DNA of 63,873 bases, filler included, from Octopus bimaculoides (lineage: Eukaryota): NCBI RefSeq assembly GCF_001194135.2. It is 5 parts of 3 records of this genome, joined end to end, with 100 filler letters (N's around TTAATTAATTAA, not from the genome) between each part and the next. Parts side by side here need not be neighbours in the genome. Positions count along the whole stretch, not along the records: positions 1 to 25,472 come from NC_068987.1; positions 25,573 to 51,025 come from NC_068982.1; 3 more parts are not named here. One strand, 5' to 3'. The notes below the pieces were generated by a model. That model worked only from the letters and a program-made list of their open reading frames with translations. It did no database searches and was not told where the DNA came from. Made by a program: the position numbers and the translations under genes. Positions 24,095 to 37,097 of the stretch are shown one piece after another. Numbering within the stretch: the first letter of the stretch is position 1; every line of letters starts with the position of its first letter.

Positions 24095-24230
24095 TGTTAT
24101 TTTATCGATTCCGAGAGGCAAAGTCGTCCTCGGGAAGATTTCAACTCCTCACGCCAGAAACCAAAATCAATACCGCAATATATGCCATTAGACTCTCAAA
24201 TGGATTTACCTATTAACCGCCATAAATGAT
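24095..24230 (-). mobile_element. Degenerate SINE family B-like fragment
   Basis: ttattttatcgattccgagaggcaaagtcgtcctcgg. Confidence 0.5.
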
Positions 24231-24518
24231 GTGCACTAATTATACTCATAAAGATTATTCTCTGATACAATCAAGTTTATTGATTAAAATTGCAGATATT
24301 ATATATTTTTGAGGGGTGATGTGCAGATGAAGTCTTGACATCAATTCTCGCCAGGGTTAATAATTATATTTCTTTATTCTGAGAACAATAAAATGGGGTG
24401 CTTGCCTTGTCGTAGATCTTTAATTCCTTGATGGAGTCGTGGGTCGTGATATACGGTGCGTCTAGAGCATTTTTAGACTTGGCAAAGCACTTATTTTCTT
24501 GGTCTGACAACAGCTGAT

Positions 24519-24538
24519 TTCTTCTTCTTCTTCTTCTT

Positions 24539-24608
<70 letters not shown>
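24519..24608. repeat. Compound (CTT)n + (AG)n microsatellite
   Basis: Direct inspection. Confidence 0.95.
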
Positions 24609-24612
<4 letters not shown>

Positions 24613-25427
24613 ATTGATCCAGAAGAGAGCAGTTACTTTATTTAGCGATCTCAGGGCTGGGAGAAAGAAGAACATCTTTGTCCTCGCAGTATGTGAATTA
24701 ATAGGACAAATAGTCACGAGAATTACCGCCAAGAAATCTACTGTCGACCTATCCTACTTCGCTAATACTCGCCGCCTATAAACAAATAAGTACCAGTGTT
24801 ATAGTCGATTCATTACATTAGACCATCTCTCCAAAATGTCTAATCTTATGTGCTGGGCTAAATGTTATCTGGTATTTATTGACGTCGCTATGTTTTGAGT
24901 TAAAATCCAGCCGGTTCAAGCCGTGGCCGATTTTTGCCTTTTATTACACACGAAATTTTGTTAAAACAAATGTCAGTCAGGTAGTGTGTCATTTTAATCA
25001 ACTCTCTTCTCATTCTCTTGTGCCAATGTTAAAAATCGTAATACATATCTATATATACATATAAACACCACATTCATACGCCCCTCTACATATTAAATAT
25101 ATACAAAAAGATATATATGCAGCTAAGGTTTATTGCTTGTTATAATCAAAATTTTATTGTTCAATATTTCTAATATTCTTATAACTTTTACACTAAGAGA
25201 AATTTGCTTAAAAACTCGTAAATATATATGCAATATTACAATACTTTTAGCTTCAAATGTGCGATATAAAGTTTTACCTCAATAAAATATTATATAAATT
25301 GATGCAGTAATAGAAGATTAATCTTCTTGCCCGTTAACCTACATAAGCAATTTAGGCAGTCATTAAACAACTATAAAACAATTTTTAATACTTCCAGTTT
25401 ACGTATTACAGCTGGAGAATTTATTCC

Positions 25428-25472
<45 letters not shown>

Positions 25473-26306
25473 NNNNNNNNNNNNNNNNNNNNNNNNNNNN
25501 NNNNNNNNNNNNNNNNTTAATTAATTAANNNNNNNNNNNNNNNNNNNNNNNNNNNNNNNNNNNNNNNNNNNNATTAGCCCTTATACACATAATATATATA
25601 TATATATATATGAAAAGCTGCATTAAATTTTTATGTTACGAATGTGCTGACAATGAGCATTCAAAATTTATAAATAAAACTATAAAGAAAAAAAATAGAA
25701 CCTCATAAAATAGGAAAAAAAAGCCGACATTATTTCTAATGGGTTAGATACAAACTATAAAACTGATCAGCTATCTTAATAATTTTTCATATATTTCACC
25801 ATACATATAGTTAGCGCACACAACAGCACACGCATGCGCGCTAGCTTGCGCACATGATAATTCGTACACTAACATAAACACACAGACACACATATTCTCT
25901 CTCTCTATCTCCGTTTCTCTTTTTCTCTTTCTCTGTTACACAAGCGCATACGCACATACTCACACGCTATCACATTGTCCTATTATCACACACTTAAAGA
26001 AGAGATAAAATAATGAACTATTTTTTGAATTTCACATTATAAAGAGCATAATTTTCTTTTCTTTTAAGTTAAAGAGATCGGGTCAGATTAGCTTGAAAAA
26101 CCAAAATTATTTATATGCAGAATGGTTTAAGGTCTCGTTAGGCATTGAGATCCTATTTGTATAAGTTCGAACTTCCAACTGTGTGGTGAACAAAATTGAA
26201 TACCAGTCGAGTTTATAAAGGAGGATGGAGATCAAAAGGTCTGCCTGTGAATCGGTATCTATGCTAATTACCATTATATCTACTGTTTGATATACTTTTC
26301 TTAATA

Positions 26307-27250
26307 CAGGGCCTGATTAAGATCCATAGAGGCCCTAAGCTCTTAAAAACCTTGGTGACCCCATATATANNNNNNNNNNNNNNNNNNNNNNNNNNNNNNN
26401 NNNNNNNNNNNNNNNNNNNNNNNNNNNNNNNNNNNNNNNNNNNNNNNNNNNNNNNNNNNNNNNNNNNNNNNNNNNNNNNNNNNNNNNNNNNNNNNNNNNN
26501 NNNNNNNNNNNNNNNNNNNNNNNNNNNNTATATATACTTATAAGTAATTCAAAAGTCAAACATTAATAAATCATAAATGAATTTTTGTCTTTTAATTTTC
26601 AAAATAAAACCAAACTAACAGTAAGATAGAAAATAATATTTATTTATATATACTTTCACTTTATATTTGAAAAGTTTTATCCTTCATTTTTTAATTAGAA
26701 ATTTTTGGACAGATCCTCAAAATTAATCTTACACATCTGTTTCTATACTCAGTAGAGATGAGTTATCCCGAGTTAGCAAGTTTAAAGTGATTTCTTTTGT
26801 GCTGTAAGCCATTTAACATTTCTCTGGTACACCCACGTCGCTTGATACCTTAAACGTCAATTGATTTAATACGAAACTTGTTAGAACTGTGGGAAAGCCG
26901 TACATTTTAAGTTTTTTTTCTATTTGATGCATAAAATATCAATTTTTTTCTTCCGTTTACTCTCACACTTGAAGTTATTTAAGGAGTAATACATCAACAG
27001 ACATCGTGACAACGGGCATAATGTTAGATTAAATTAACTTTTGAAATTTCAAGAAATTTATGATAGCTTTTGTAAGCAGATGTTTTGAATTCGTTCAAAC
27101 GTCGTGAATAATTGTACTAACCGGCGCTTTGTCTTGTGTTTGACATCGAGAACTCTTCCCAATAATACGGAGGGTTCTATTTTCTGAAAAGTACTTTAAT
27201 GAAATATGTAGTTGTAATACACATCAGTAGAGAGTATTTTAATTTGTGGC
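26307..27250 (-). mobile_element. hAT-superfamily transposon end with decayed C-terminal dimerisation domain
   Basis: TA-CAGGGCC terminus at 26307. Minus translation GFPTV..SLLSIETDV..INFEDL.KNF resembles hAT C-termini (FPNV..LS.LSIE.D..I.F.D.I..F). Confidence 0.55.
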
Positions 27251-27573
27251 AAAGAGTGGACAAAAAAATATATATCTATTAAAAATATATGTTACAAATG
27301 TAAGTTTATATAAATATATATATATACATGAAAATGTGGGGATAAGGAAATTAGACACATCAATGCATAAAGCATATTAAATAGATCGAATACAAAATAT
27401 GGTTGTGTTTATACACAAAAAATATTAGAATTCCAACTGCTGTTTCTGGGAGACTCAGTGATCTATAAAAATGTTTGGACATCTGTCCACCAAAAGATTT
27501 TGCTGTATAGATGCATTTAACATAGTATAAAATGTGTCTCTCTCTCTTTGTGTATTTATATATATATATATAT

Positions 27574-27620
<47 letters not shown>

Positions 27621-27896
27621 CATGTGTGTGTGCCTGTGCATGTTTGCGCTATGCATATGTATATATTTAGGCATGCGCATATATATATGTATGTGCATGT
27701 GTATATGCATGTGTGAGTGTGTATGTGTGCGTGTGTGTCTGTATGTGAGTGTATGTGTGTGTGTGTGAAATTCGTGCCATGGGCACTAGACGGAAATCAC
27801 TCACCTCTTTACTATTAATTATATTAGAAACTGATTTGGGGATGAACTGCATTACGAAAATTCAAGACCTTTCACTGGGAGCATGAGACGAGGGGA

Positions 27897-28121
27897 GTTA
27901 CGGCCACGGATCAGTGTGCACATACGCTCATTCTTAATGCCAGTGTATATGTATCTATACTTCTGTGTTCCTGTGTACTTATATGCAAATGAATTGAGCA
28001 AACGATATGTTCATTAGCTTCCTTATCTGTTTCCCAGCACTGGCAACACTGCATAATTTGATAAAATCACTTACTGACAAGCATTTCACTCACGAAAATA
28101 TTTGCCTCCAAAAAGCAGACA
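27897..28121 (+). repeat. Unclassified 225-bp dispersed repeat, copy 1
   Basis: Aligns without gaps to 33769-33993 with about 37 mismatches (manual count). Confidence 0.9.
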
Positions 28122-29028
28122 CATGATTTGGGAATTGCGGCTCTCATGACAACCAACTTCGTCTGGTGGGATCAATATGCGTGCTCCTATGCAGCAAGCA
28201 TCTTATATGGGAGGATCTCTGAGGTTTAATAACGCAATATTCAATGTTCTAACAACGTATCCATTCTAAGTTGGATAAATGCATGCTAATATACATTTAA
28301 ATACACACACACACACACACACACACANNNNNNNNNNNNNNNNNNNNNNNNNNNNNNNNNNNNNNNNNNNNNNNNNNNNNNNNNNNNNNNNNNNNNNNNN
28401 NNNNNNNNNNNNNNNNNNNNNNNNNNNNNNNNNNNNNNNNNNNNNNNNNNNNNNNNNNNNNNNNNNNNNNNNNNNNNNATACCGTATTATGTCACAAATA
28501 GTTATAGATGTTGGCTATCCACAACGGTTCAATTGCATAGTACTTAAAGTGATGGCGGTACTGGTAAGCCACACTCGTTGGGTACTTTCGCGTTACTGTT
28601 CAGAACTGCAAATCTTTTGTAGAGTATATAACTGTAAATGGAGAAGTGAGTGGAGATTTATTTGCATCCAAAACATTTTTACTGAAATTTTCTATTCCAT
28701 ATATAAAACTGACCTTCGTGTTTCGGTGGCAGTTGGGTGATTATGAGACCAGAAATCCATTGTATTTGAAAAGTAACGCCTTCACCTTCAACTGAATACA
28801 AACACGAGATGCTTATTTGAATTAGTTCATTTTCAAACGGCGTAATGGTCTCTTAATGAAATTGCAGCCTCTAGGATGCATAATTGCATACGGAGCAATG
28901 CGTAGTTGCAGCAGTCGAAACATAAATATATCAGTGTTATACACGCTGTAGAAAACTTTTTAAAATAACGTTTTGGATGTGAAGAAATCTCCACTCTCCT
29001 CTTTTCTGTCAATTATATATATGTGTGT

Positions 29029-29079
<51 letters not shown>

Positions 29080-29092
29080 CGTGTATGTGTGT

Positions 29093-29285
29093 ATAGGGGG
29101 AGAATTCACAAAAAAGAAAAAGATGAGGACATGTAGTGTACACAACAAACAGATGTATTAGTTCAACGCTCGGGAAGTGAAAATGTCTTTAACGTTTCGA
29201 GACTATGCTCTTTCACAGAAAGGAACACAGAAACAAGGAGAGAAAATAAAGAATGTGTAGTGGCTAGCGATCTATCATGACGAAT
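29093..29285 (-). repeat. Family E dispersed repeat with hammerhead-like motif (29186-29223)
   Basis: Minus strand CCTTT-CTGTGAA-A-GAGC-ATAG-TCTC-GAAAC-GTT-AAAGA. Confidence 0.7.
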
Positions 29286-29360
29286 ATATATATATATACA
29301 CCCAAGACTTGAAGCCCGTGCTAACCACCCACAACATAAATCATACACGCATCACACCAC

Positions 29361-29640
29361 AAGAATAGGGCACAATTATTTCACCTCAATTCACTCCGCT
29401 TTCTCTAACATTTCACTAAAATTCATTAAATCAGAAACAGACCCCATAAAGTTGAAGAAATCTTTGGACAAATTCCTTCAAAAAATCCCGTATGAACCTT
29501 TTACACCCAGATATATCTGTAAACTAGAACTCTCTCCTTGAGTGGTCCACGTTGTCCGATTCCTGATTTAAATGACAATGCCAGGTGGTGCTATTAAGTC
29601 AGACATGGCCTGGACCTATACTGGCTGAAATCTATGTAAG
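29361..29640 (+). mobile_element. CR1-group LINE 3' end
   Basis: RIGHNYFTSIHSAFSNISLKFIKSETDPIKLKKSLDKFLQKIPYEPFTPRY..NSLLEW matches F...LD.FL..IPD.P...GY....NSL..W termini. Confidence 0.7.
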
Positions 29641-30456
29641 TATCAAAGTATATGTGTGTGTGTGTGTGTGTATTCACAAACACACACATGTCTCAGTACT
29701 TGATTACTATAGAAGGCAAGTCAAGGCACTTTACATTCATTCATTTCATATTTATACATGTTCGTAGAGATAAATCAAATCAGCATGCAATTTAATAAAC
29801 AATTTGAATGAAGTAAAAACAATTAGCCCTCGTGTCATTTATTTGTATATGCCAATGCAAAATATATATAACAATAAATTATACACCGTATGCCTACCGC
29901 TTTAGACTTAATAAAATGCATTATTAAAATAGTGGGAAATATATAATGCGACAATAAATGAGAAAAAACTTCCTGAAAACACGAAATAAATAATATTTAT
30001 GAGTTTTGTCATACACAGTTTGAAACAGTATACGTTAAAACGGAAAATAAATCAAACGATGAGAATAATATAAAATGTGTGAGTATACTGTTTACTTACG
30101 AATATGTTGGTATTTGGCCGTGGAGTTGATAAATATATATGTGTACGTGTGCCGGGAGAGAAAGTGTGTCTGCTCAAGTAGCACATAAATTATTTAGTAA
30201 TTGAAATAAATGTACGCTGCATAGGATCTACAATTCGAAATCAGATTCAGATAAGATAATTATTATTCGATTTTACAGTATTAGAATTAGTCGTTTGCAA
30301 AACAAGTCTCAAAGTTAGAGATCTAAATTTATAGCATACATGTTTTTTACATAGTAAGAAACTCTAAGTTCAATATATTTTAAGGCGAATGTACTCTCCC
30401 TAACCAATATTTATTTGAATTCTTGATCAAATGTTGCAGCTAGTGGTTTGGGTGTT

Positions 30457-30496
<40 letters not shown>

Positions 30497-31653
30497 TGTG
30501 TGCGTGCATGTATATATGCATATATGTATATATGCATGTGTGTATCTAAGCAGGGTGTTCGGGTTAAATTTCATAATTGTTTGTCTCTTACTTCAGGATC
30601 AGTTTCATTTTCTACTATAAGTGCACAAACATACATACAAACATATGTATACATGTATGCAAGCAAAGGGGACGATCCTTTACTATCTTTCAATTACCAA
30701 CATTTTAGAGGATTTTCAAATTTTAAATTTTACATTTTAAATCAATCTTTATATATATATATATACAAGAAATGAGGGCAGGGAATCGTCAATTAATAAT
30801 GGAATTAACAATTAACAATTTTGNNNNNNNNNNNNNNNNNNNNNNNNNNNNNNNNNNNNNNNNNNNNNNNNNNNNNNNNNNNNNNNNNNNNNNNNNNNNN
30901 NNNNNNNNNNNNNNNNNNNNNNNNNNNNNNNNNNNNNNNNNNNNNNNNNNNNNNNNNNNNNNNNNNNNNNNNNNNNNNNNNNNNNNNNNNNNNNNNNNNN
31001 NNNNNNNNNNNNNNNNNNNNNNNNNNNNNNNNNNNNNNNNNNNNNNNNNNNNNNNNNNNNNNNNNNNNNNNNNNNNNNNNNNNNNNNNNNNNNNNNNNNN
31101 NNNNNNNNNNNNNNNNNNNNNNNNNNNNNNNNNNNNNNNNNNNNNNNNNNNNNNNNNNNNNNNNNNNNNNNNNNNNNNNNNNNNNNNNNNNNNNNNNNNN
31201 NNNNNNNNNNNNNNNNNNNNNNNNNNNNNNNNNNNNNNNNNNNNNNNNNNNNNNNNNNNNNNNNNNNNNNNNNNNNNNNNNNNNNNNNNNNNNNNNNNNN
31301 NNNNNNNNNNNNNNNNNNNNNNNNNNNNNNNNNNNNNNNNNNNNNNNNNNNNNNNNNNNNNNNNNNNNNNNNNNNNNNNNNNNNNNNNNNNNNNNNNNNN
31401 NNNNNNNNNNNNNNNNNNNNNNNNNNNNNNNNNNNNNNNNNNNNNNNNNNNNNNNNNNNNNNNNNNNNNNNNNNNNNNNNNNNNNNNNNNNNNNNNNNNN
31501 NNNNNNNNNNNNNNNNNNNNNNNNNNNNNNNNNNNNNNNNNNNNNNNNNNNNNNNNNNNNNNNNNNNNNNNNNNNNNNNNNNNNNNNNNNNNNNNNNNNN
31601 NNNNNNNNNNNNTATCACGCACACACATCTATATAAATATATGAAAGTTACCT

Positions 31654-31978
31654 AACTGGCATTCCGTCAGTAGAGACGAGGAGTGTTCCATTTGATCCGA
31701 TCGACGGACTCGCCTATTGGTGAAATGAACTTCCTATTCGTGGAGCACTGAACAGACACACATACCCTTAATGTAGTTCTCAGGGAGATTTAGCATGGCA
31801 CAGGATCTGGCAAGGCTGTTCCTTTAAAATACAAGCACTACTCAGTTCGGCCACCTGAGTGGACAGCAGCAACGTGAATTGGAGTCTTGCTCAAGTATAC
31901 AATCCACTGCCAGATGTCAACCTCACGACCTTAACGATTGTGACCAGAATACGCTAACCACTAAGCCACGATCCTTTA
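31654..31978 (-). mobile_element. SINE family C, older full-length copy
   Basis: Tail aactggcattccgtc, ccttaatgtagttctcaggg, head gctaaccactaagccacg. Confidence 0.85.
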
Positions 31979-32015
31979 CATGTGCAAGTCTATATTTACA
32001 TACACACACACAGAG

Positions 32016-32177
32016 GAATGGCTGTGTGGCTGTGTGGTAGGAAGCTCCCTTCCCAGCCACGTCGTTCCTAGTCCAGTCCCACTGCGTGTGACCTTCGGCA
32101 AGTGTCATCTACTATAGCCTCGGGCCAACCAAAGCCTTTTGGGTGGATATGGCAGATGGAAACTGAAAGCAGCCTGT

Positions 32178-32209
<32 letters not shown>

Positions 32210-33615
32210 NNNNNNNNNNNNNNNNNNNNNNNNNNNNNNNNNNNNNNNNNNNNNNNNNNNNNNNNNNNNNNNNNNNNNNNNNNNNNNNNNNNNNNNNNNN
32301 NNNNNNNNNNNNNNNNNNNNNNNNNNNNNNNNNNNNNNNNNNNNNNNNNNNNNNNNNNNNNNNNNNNNNNNNNNNNNNNNNNNNNNNNNNNNNNNNNNNN
32401 NNNNNNNNNNNNNNNNNNNNNNNNNNNNNNNNNNNNNNNNNNNNNNNNNNNNNNNNNNNNNNNNNNNNNNNNNNNNNNNNNNNNNNNNNNNNNNNNNNNN
32501 NNNNNNNNNNNNNNNNNNNNNNNNNNNNNNNNNNNNNNNNNNNNNNNNNNNNNNNNNNNNNNNNNNNNNNNNNNNNNNNNNNNNNNNNNNNNNNNNNNNN
32601 NNNNNNNNNNNNNNNNNNNNNNNNNNNNNNNNNNNCTGAAGGCAAACCATTGAGCCGGCGGATTTCCAAGATATAGCCCCACCCACCCCAGATTATCACA
32701 GATCCACCTCAATATTTAACAGTTGGAAGAAGGTAGTTTGGGTCATATGCTTATTTTGGTTGTCTCCAAACTTATACTCGGCTGGTGGCCGAAAATATGG
32801 TAAAGGATGACTAGTCCGAGAAAATAACATTCTTCCACTGCTCTAAGGAACAACTCTGCAACGTTGTTTTTGAAAGTAGTGGTTTTGTGATTGTAGTCCT
32901 CCCGTAAGATCCGGCTTTGTGCAGCTCACGGTGAACAGGTTTTGTGGAAACTGGGTTCTGAAGGTGGTCATTAAGTTCTGCAGTAATTTGGGGAGCTGTA
33001 ATTTTGTGATCTTTTCTAACAATTCGCGTAAGAATCCAACGGTCCCTATCTGAAAGTCTTGTTTCGACGAGGAACTTTTTCCCTCTTTATCAAAGGCTGT
33101 CATTACTTTCGAGACGGTATTTCTTGATAGACAAAACATTTCGGCTGTTTTCGTAATGCTTGCGACTGTCTTACGAGCACCAACAATTTGACTCCTTTGT
33201 AAGTCCGATAGATCTGTATTTTAATGAATTTTAATTATTTTTTTCTGATGATATCTGAAAAGAAAGAGAAATTTTAGCAAAACATATTAAGTAACATTAA
33301 TAATAAATCAAAAAACATAAAAATAAACAAGCTTTTGACGGTTTTACAGATAATTCAAAATTATGGAGCTATGATGCTACGTGTTTCCATTATTTTGTCC
33401 ATCCCGTGTAATATATATATATATATACTCCATCGCTTGACAACCAATGTTGCTGTGTTTACGTCCCCGTAACATAGCGGTTCTGCAAAAGAGAGCGAGA
33501 GAATAAGTACTAGGGTTACAAAGAATAAGTCTTGGGGTCGATTTCTTCGACTAAAGGTGATGCTCCAGCATGGCTGCAGTCAAATGACTGAAGCAAGTAA
33601 AAGAGTAAAGTAATA
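32016..33615 (+). mobile_element. SINE family A split in its internal (TA)n by a gap and a Tc1 insertion
   Basis: Head 32016-32177 ends at ..aactgaaagcagcctgttg(TA)n. 3' half resumes at 33428 (ccatcgcttgacaacc) to the tail aagtaaaagagtaaag. Confidence 0.85.
32636..33410 (-). mobile_element. Tc1-like transposon, same family as 19048-19582, extending into the catalytic domain
   Basis: Terminus TACACGGGATGGACAAAATAA (minus). Translation includes RIVRKDHKITAPQITAELNDHLQNPVSTK and WKNVIFSD*SSFTIF..VWRQPK..LLPTVK..GGSVIIWG..AISWKSAG. Confidence 0.9.
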
Positions 33616-33768
33616 AAAGAATATATACATATGTGAATGTGTGATTCTGTGTACGCATACGACAACGGACATACATGAAATCTACGCATGATAAGTTCAT
33701 TGCTGATTAAAAGAGTCAAAGTCATCCATGTTGCATAGGTTACCACGTGATCCAAAGGAACATGAGAC

Positions 33769-33993
33769 GTTACGACCACGGATTATTGTGCACATACGCT
33801 TATCTCTAATGCATGTGTATATGTGTCTATCCTTTTGTGTTAATGTGTACTGATACGCAAATGGATTCAGAGAACGATATGTTCATTTGCATCCTTATCT
33901 GTTTACCGGCACTGGCAATCCTGCATAATTTGACACAATCAATTACTGAATAGCATTCCACTCACGGAAATGTTTGTCTCCATAAAGTAGACA
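33769..33993 (+). repeat. Unclassified 225-bp dispersed repeat, copy 2
   Basis: See 27897-28121. Confidence 0.9.
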
Positions 33994-34181
33994 GTAATGT
34001 TACTTCTTTTTTTCTTTTCTTTTCTGTTTTTCAGAGGCCATAAACATTATTTTCTTCGAGCCATAAACATCATAAACATCATAGAACTACAGTAGTCGAA
34101 TAAAAATGCACATCTGTGTCCTTCAAAGAATTATCTTGGATTTGCATGACTTAGTATATGGTGTTTGTCTATTGAGATTTG

Positions 34182-34224
<43 letters not shown>

Positions 34225-35046
34225 NNNNNNNNNNNNNNNNNNNNNNNNNNNNNNNNNNNNNNNNNNNNNNNNNNNNNNNNNNNNNNNNNNNNNNNNNNNN
34301 NNNNNNNNNNNNNNNNNNNNNNNNNNNNNNNNNNNNNNNNNNNNNNNNNNNNNNNNNNNNNNNNNNNNNNNNNNNNNNNNNNNNNNNNNNNNNNNNNNNN
34401 NNNNNNNNNNNNNNNNNNNNNNNNNNNNNNNNNNNNNNNNNNNNNNNNNNNNNNNNNNNNNNNNNNNNNNNNNNNNNNNNNNNNNNNNNNNNNNNNNNNN
34501 NNNNNNNNNNNNNNNNNNNNNNNNNNNNNNNNNNNNNNNNNNNNNNNNNNNNNNNNNNNNNNNNNNNNNNNNNNNNNNNNNNNNNNNNNNNNNNNNNNNN
34601 NNNNNNNNNNNNNNNNNNNNNNNNNNNNNNNNNNNNNNNNNNNNNNNNNNNNNNNNNNNNNNNNNNNNNNNNNNNNNNNNNNNNNNNNNNNNNNNNNNNN
34701 NNNTATATATATATATATATACATGTATATTTACATACGTGACAAAATTGACAAAGAGCACTAGTCAGCACCAGTATTGCTTCAAATAAGTGGGGAAACA
34801 GCCACGGAAAGTAATATGAATGACAAGGAAGGCAAAATCCTTACAACAGCGAACATGGCCAGATCCTCGATGATTCCGCATCTTAATGCTTCGGCAGCTT
34901 AATACTCATCAGTTTTTCTCAACGCGCCTAGGGTTAAACTCAGCCCGCCTTGTAAGTTTATAAGATTTCCGCTGAAGTCATACGCTGATTCCATAAATGT
35001 GAAATTATAAATATTATGGTTGGCTTATTCGCAATTTTACAACCTC

Positions 35047-35217
35047 AGGCGTTACTAAAGTGACAAAGGGCAATGTTTGGCTCTGTCTGCTGCTGTAGGG
35101 AGCTTACCTCCCTTGTCAGTCATTAGGCTAATGCTTCCGTAACTATTGAGTTGTTTTGACTCTTATTTATAGCAATACTGATACTGATCATAGCCCTTTG
35201 TCACTTTTGTAACGTCT
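35047..35217. repeat. 29-bp inverted repeat enclosing 113 bp (possible small MITE or RNA stem)
   Basis: 35047-35075 vs reverse complement of 35189-35217: 26/29 identical. Confidence 0.8.
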
Positions 35218-35284
35218 ATATTTTTGCTTCAGTTTGTAAAATTACGAACAAGCCATACATATTATTTATATCTAACTCTCTATC

Positions 35285-35286
35285 TG

Positions 35287-35338
<52 letters not shown>

Positions 35339-35398
35339 CACACACACACACACACACACACATACACACATACACACATACACACCCACACACATACA

Positions 35399-35459
<61 letters not shown>

Positions 35460-35460
35460 T
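35285..35460. repeat. Compound (TCTA)n-(CA)n-(TA)n microsatellite
   Basis: Direct inspection. Confidence 0.95.
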
Positions 35461-35648
35461 GAGGGTGATAAATTGAGAATTAATTTAATTAATATAAATT
35501 TAAAACCAGTGGCCTATAATATAAAAAAAATCTGAAAATTCAGAAAAATTGTATTATACACATGTGTGTGTNNNNNNNNNNNNNNNNNNNNNNNNNNNNN
35601 NNNNNNNNNNNNNNNNNNNNNNNNNNNNNNNNNNNNNNNNNNNNNNNN

Positions 35649-35716
<68 letters not shown>

Positions 35717-37062
35717 ATGTGTGCGTAACAGCACGAAGTTCTGCACGTAATCATTCTGTCATTTTTTCTGTTAATCAGTTGGCGTTTGGTGATATTTTCT
35801 GAAAGGAGAGACAATACATGCCGTGTTCGTGAAGGTTTTAATCAACGTTAAGTAACCGCTTGGCGCAGATCAAATGGGTTCCCTGTGTCTTTGCTGGCAC
35901 TATATACGGTACTAGAAGCACAGTCCCAGTCGACCGGAAGACGGTACTTTTCCTGTACATGTTCACATGCACACGCATGCGCATACATGCACAGAGATTC
36001 GCACACTCTCCCATGTATATTTATATACCCACAGATATGTGATTGTGAATTGCGTCAACACTTTCATAATCCGTTAGTTTTAAGTATAAAATTTACACAT
36101 CTCTGACGAATTGACAACAGGTCATGATTATATACTTTATATTATGTAGCTATTGTATCATTCTCTTGTTGAAAATTACATTTTTCAAGGGCCCGAGTTG
36201 ATTTATGAAAGCACGTGGAAATTTTTTAGCGAAGTTGCCACTTAGTTACTGATGCAAATGAAATGCATTGGAGTTGTGTCAATGTACAGTTGACAGAAGT
36301 GCGACGGAATGTTTCGTAACATCACAGAATTAATTCCTATAAAGATATAAAGGAAAATAAATATTGCTGATTTCAAAACGAACAGAGTGGCTGATATGAA
36401 TCGAACAGGATGAAATTGTCATATAAGAGTATGTGTATTAAATGAGTATGTCTGTGTGTGTGTGTGTGCTCGTATGTGTGTCTGTGTTCGTGGGTAAGTG
36501 TACATTTATGGATTCCCGATTAGGGAGATAGTTATCTCTAATTATATATAAATTCCAATATATGTAATTAGATAGATATCTAACTCGATTGTGATGCAAT
36601 ATTTTTGTGTGTATATATATATATGCCCATACACATACAAAAAGCACACACGTATGAATTTATATCATTGTATATGTAATAATTCAAGTGTAATTACATA
36701 GATAATTATCTAACTTATTAAATATAGCTAAATGTACTTGTCTACGGTTATTTATTTATGTATATGTGTGTGTGTGCGCGCGCTTTTGCATATATATGTG
36801 TGTGTGCCCGTGTGCGTGTGTGTGTGTATGTACTTACGCGTGTATGTGACAGAGTGTATATATGTATACCTGAGTATTCTTTTGTACGAACTGTGCTTAC
36901 AGACACAAAATATTGTTTAGTTGTTCCGCTTTACGGAAGTAAGTAGCGTTGGAAACCTTACCATTGCTTCGATTACTATAACGTGAAATATGCCTTCCCA
37001 TTCAATTCCAGATAACATGGACTTACAGAGGAAATGGATATTGGTTTATTGAATTTTGTGAT

Positions 37063-37097
37063 TGACGCTGATGACCTGAAGTAGGTCATCAGCGTCA
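37063..37097. other. Perfect 15-bp hairpin with 5-nt loop
   Basis: tgacgctgatgacct-gaagt-aggtcatcagcgtca. Confidence 0.95.

Noticed and set aside
25517-25528. TTAATTAATTAA between N-runs (also 51070-51081, 60098-60109, 62647-62658)
   Set aside because: Identical 12-mer with stops in all six frames, always centred in gaps: a scaffolding spacer, not biology.
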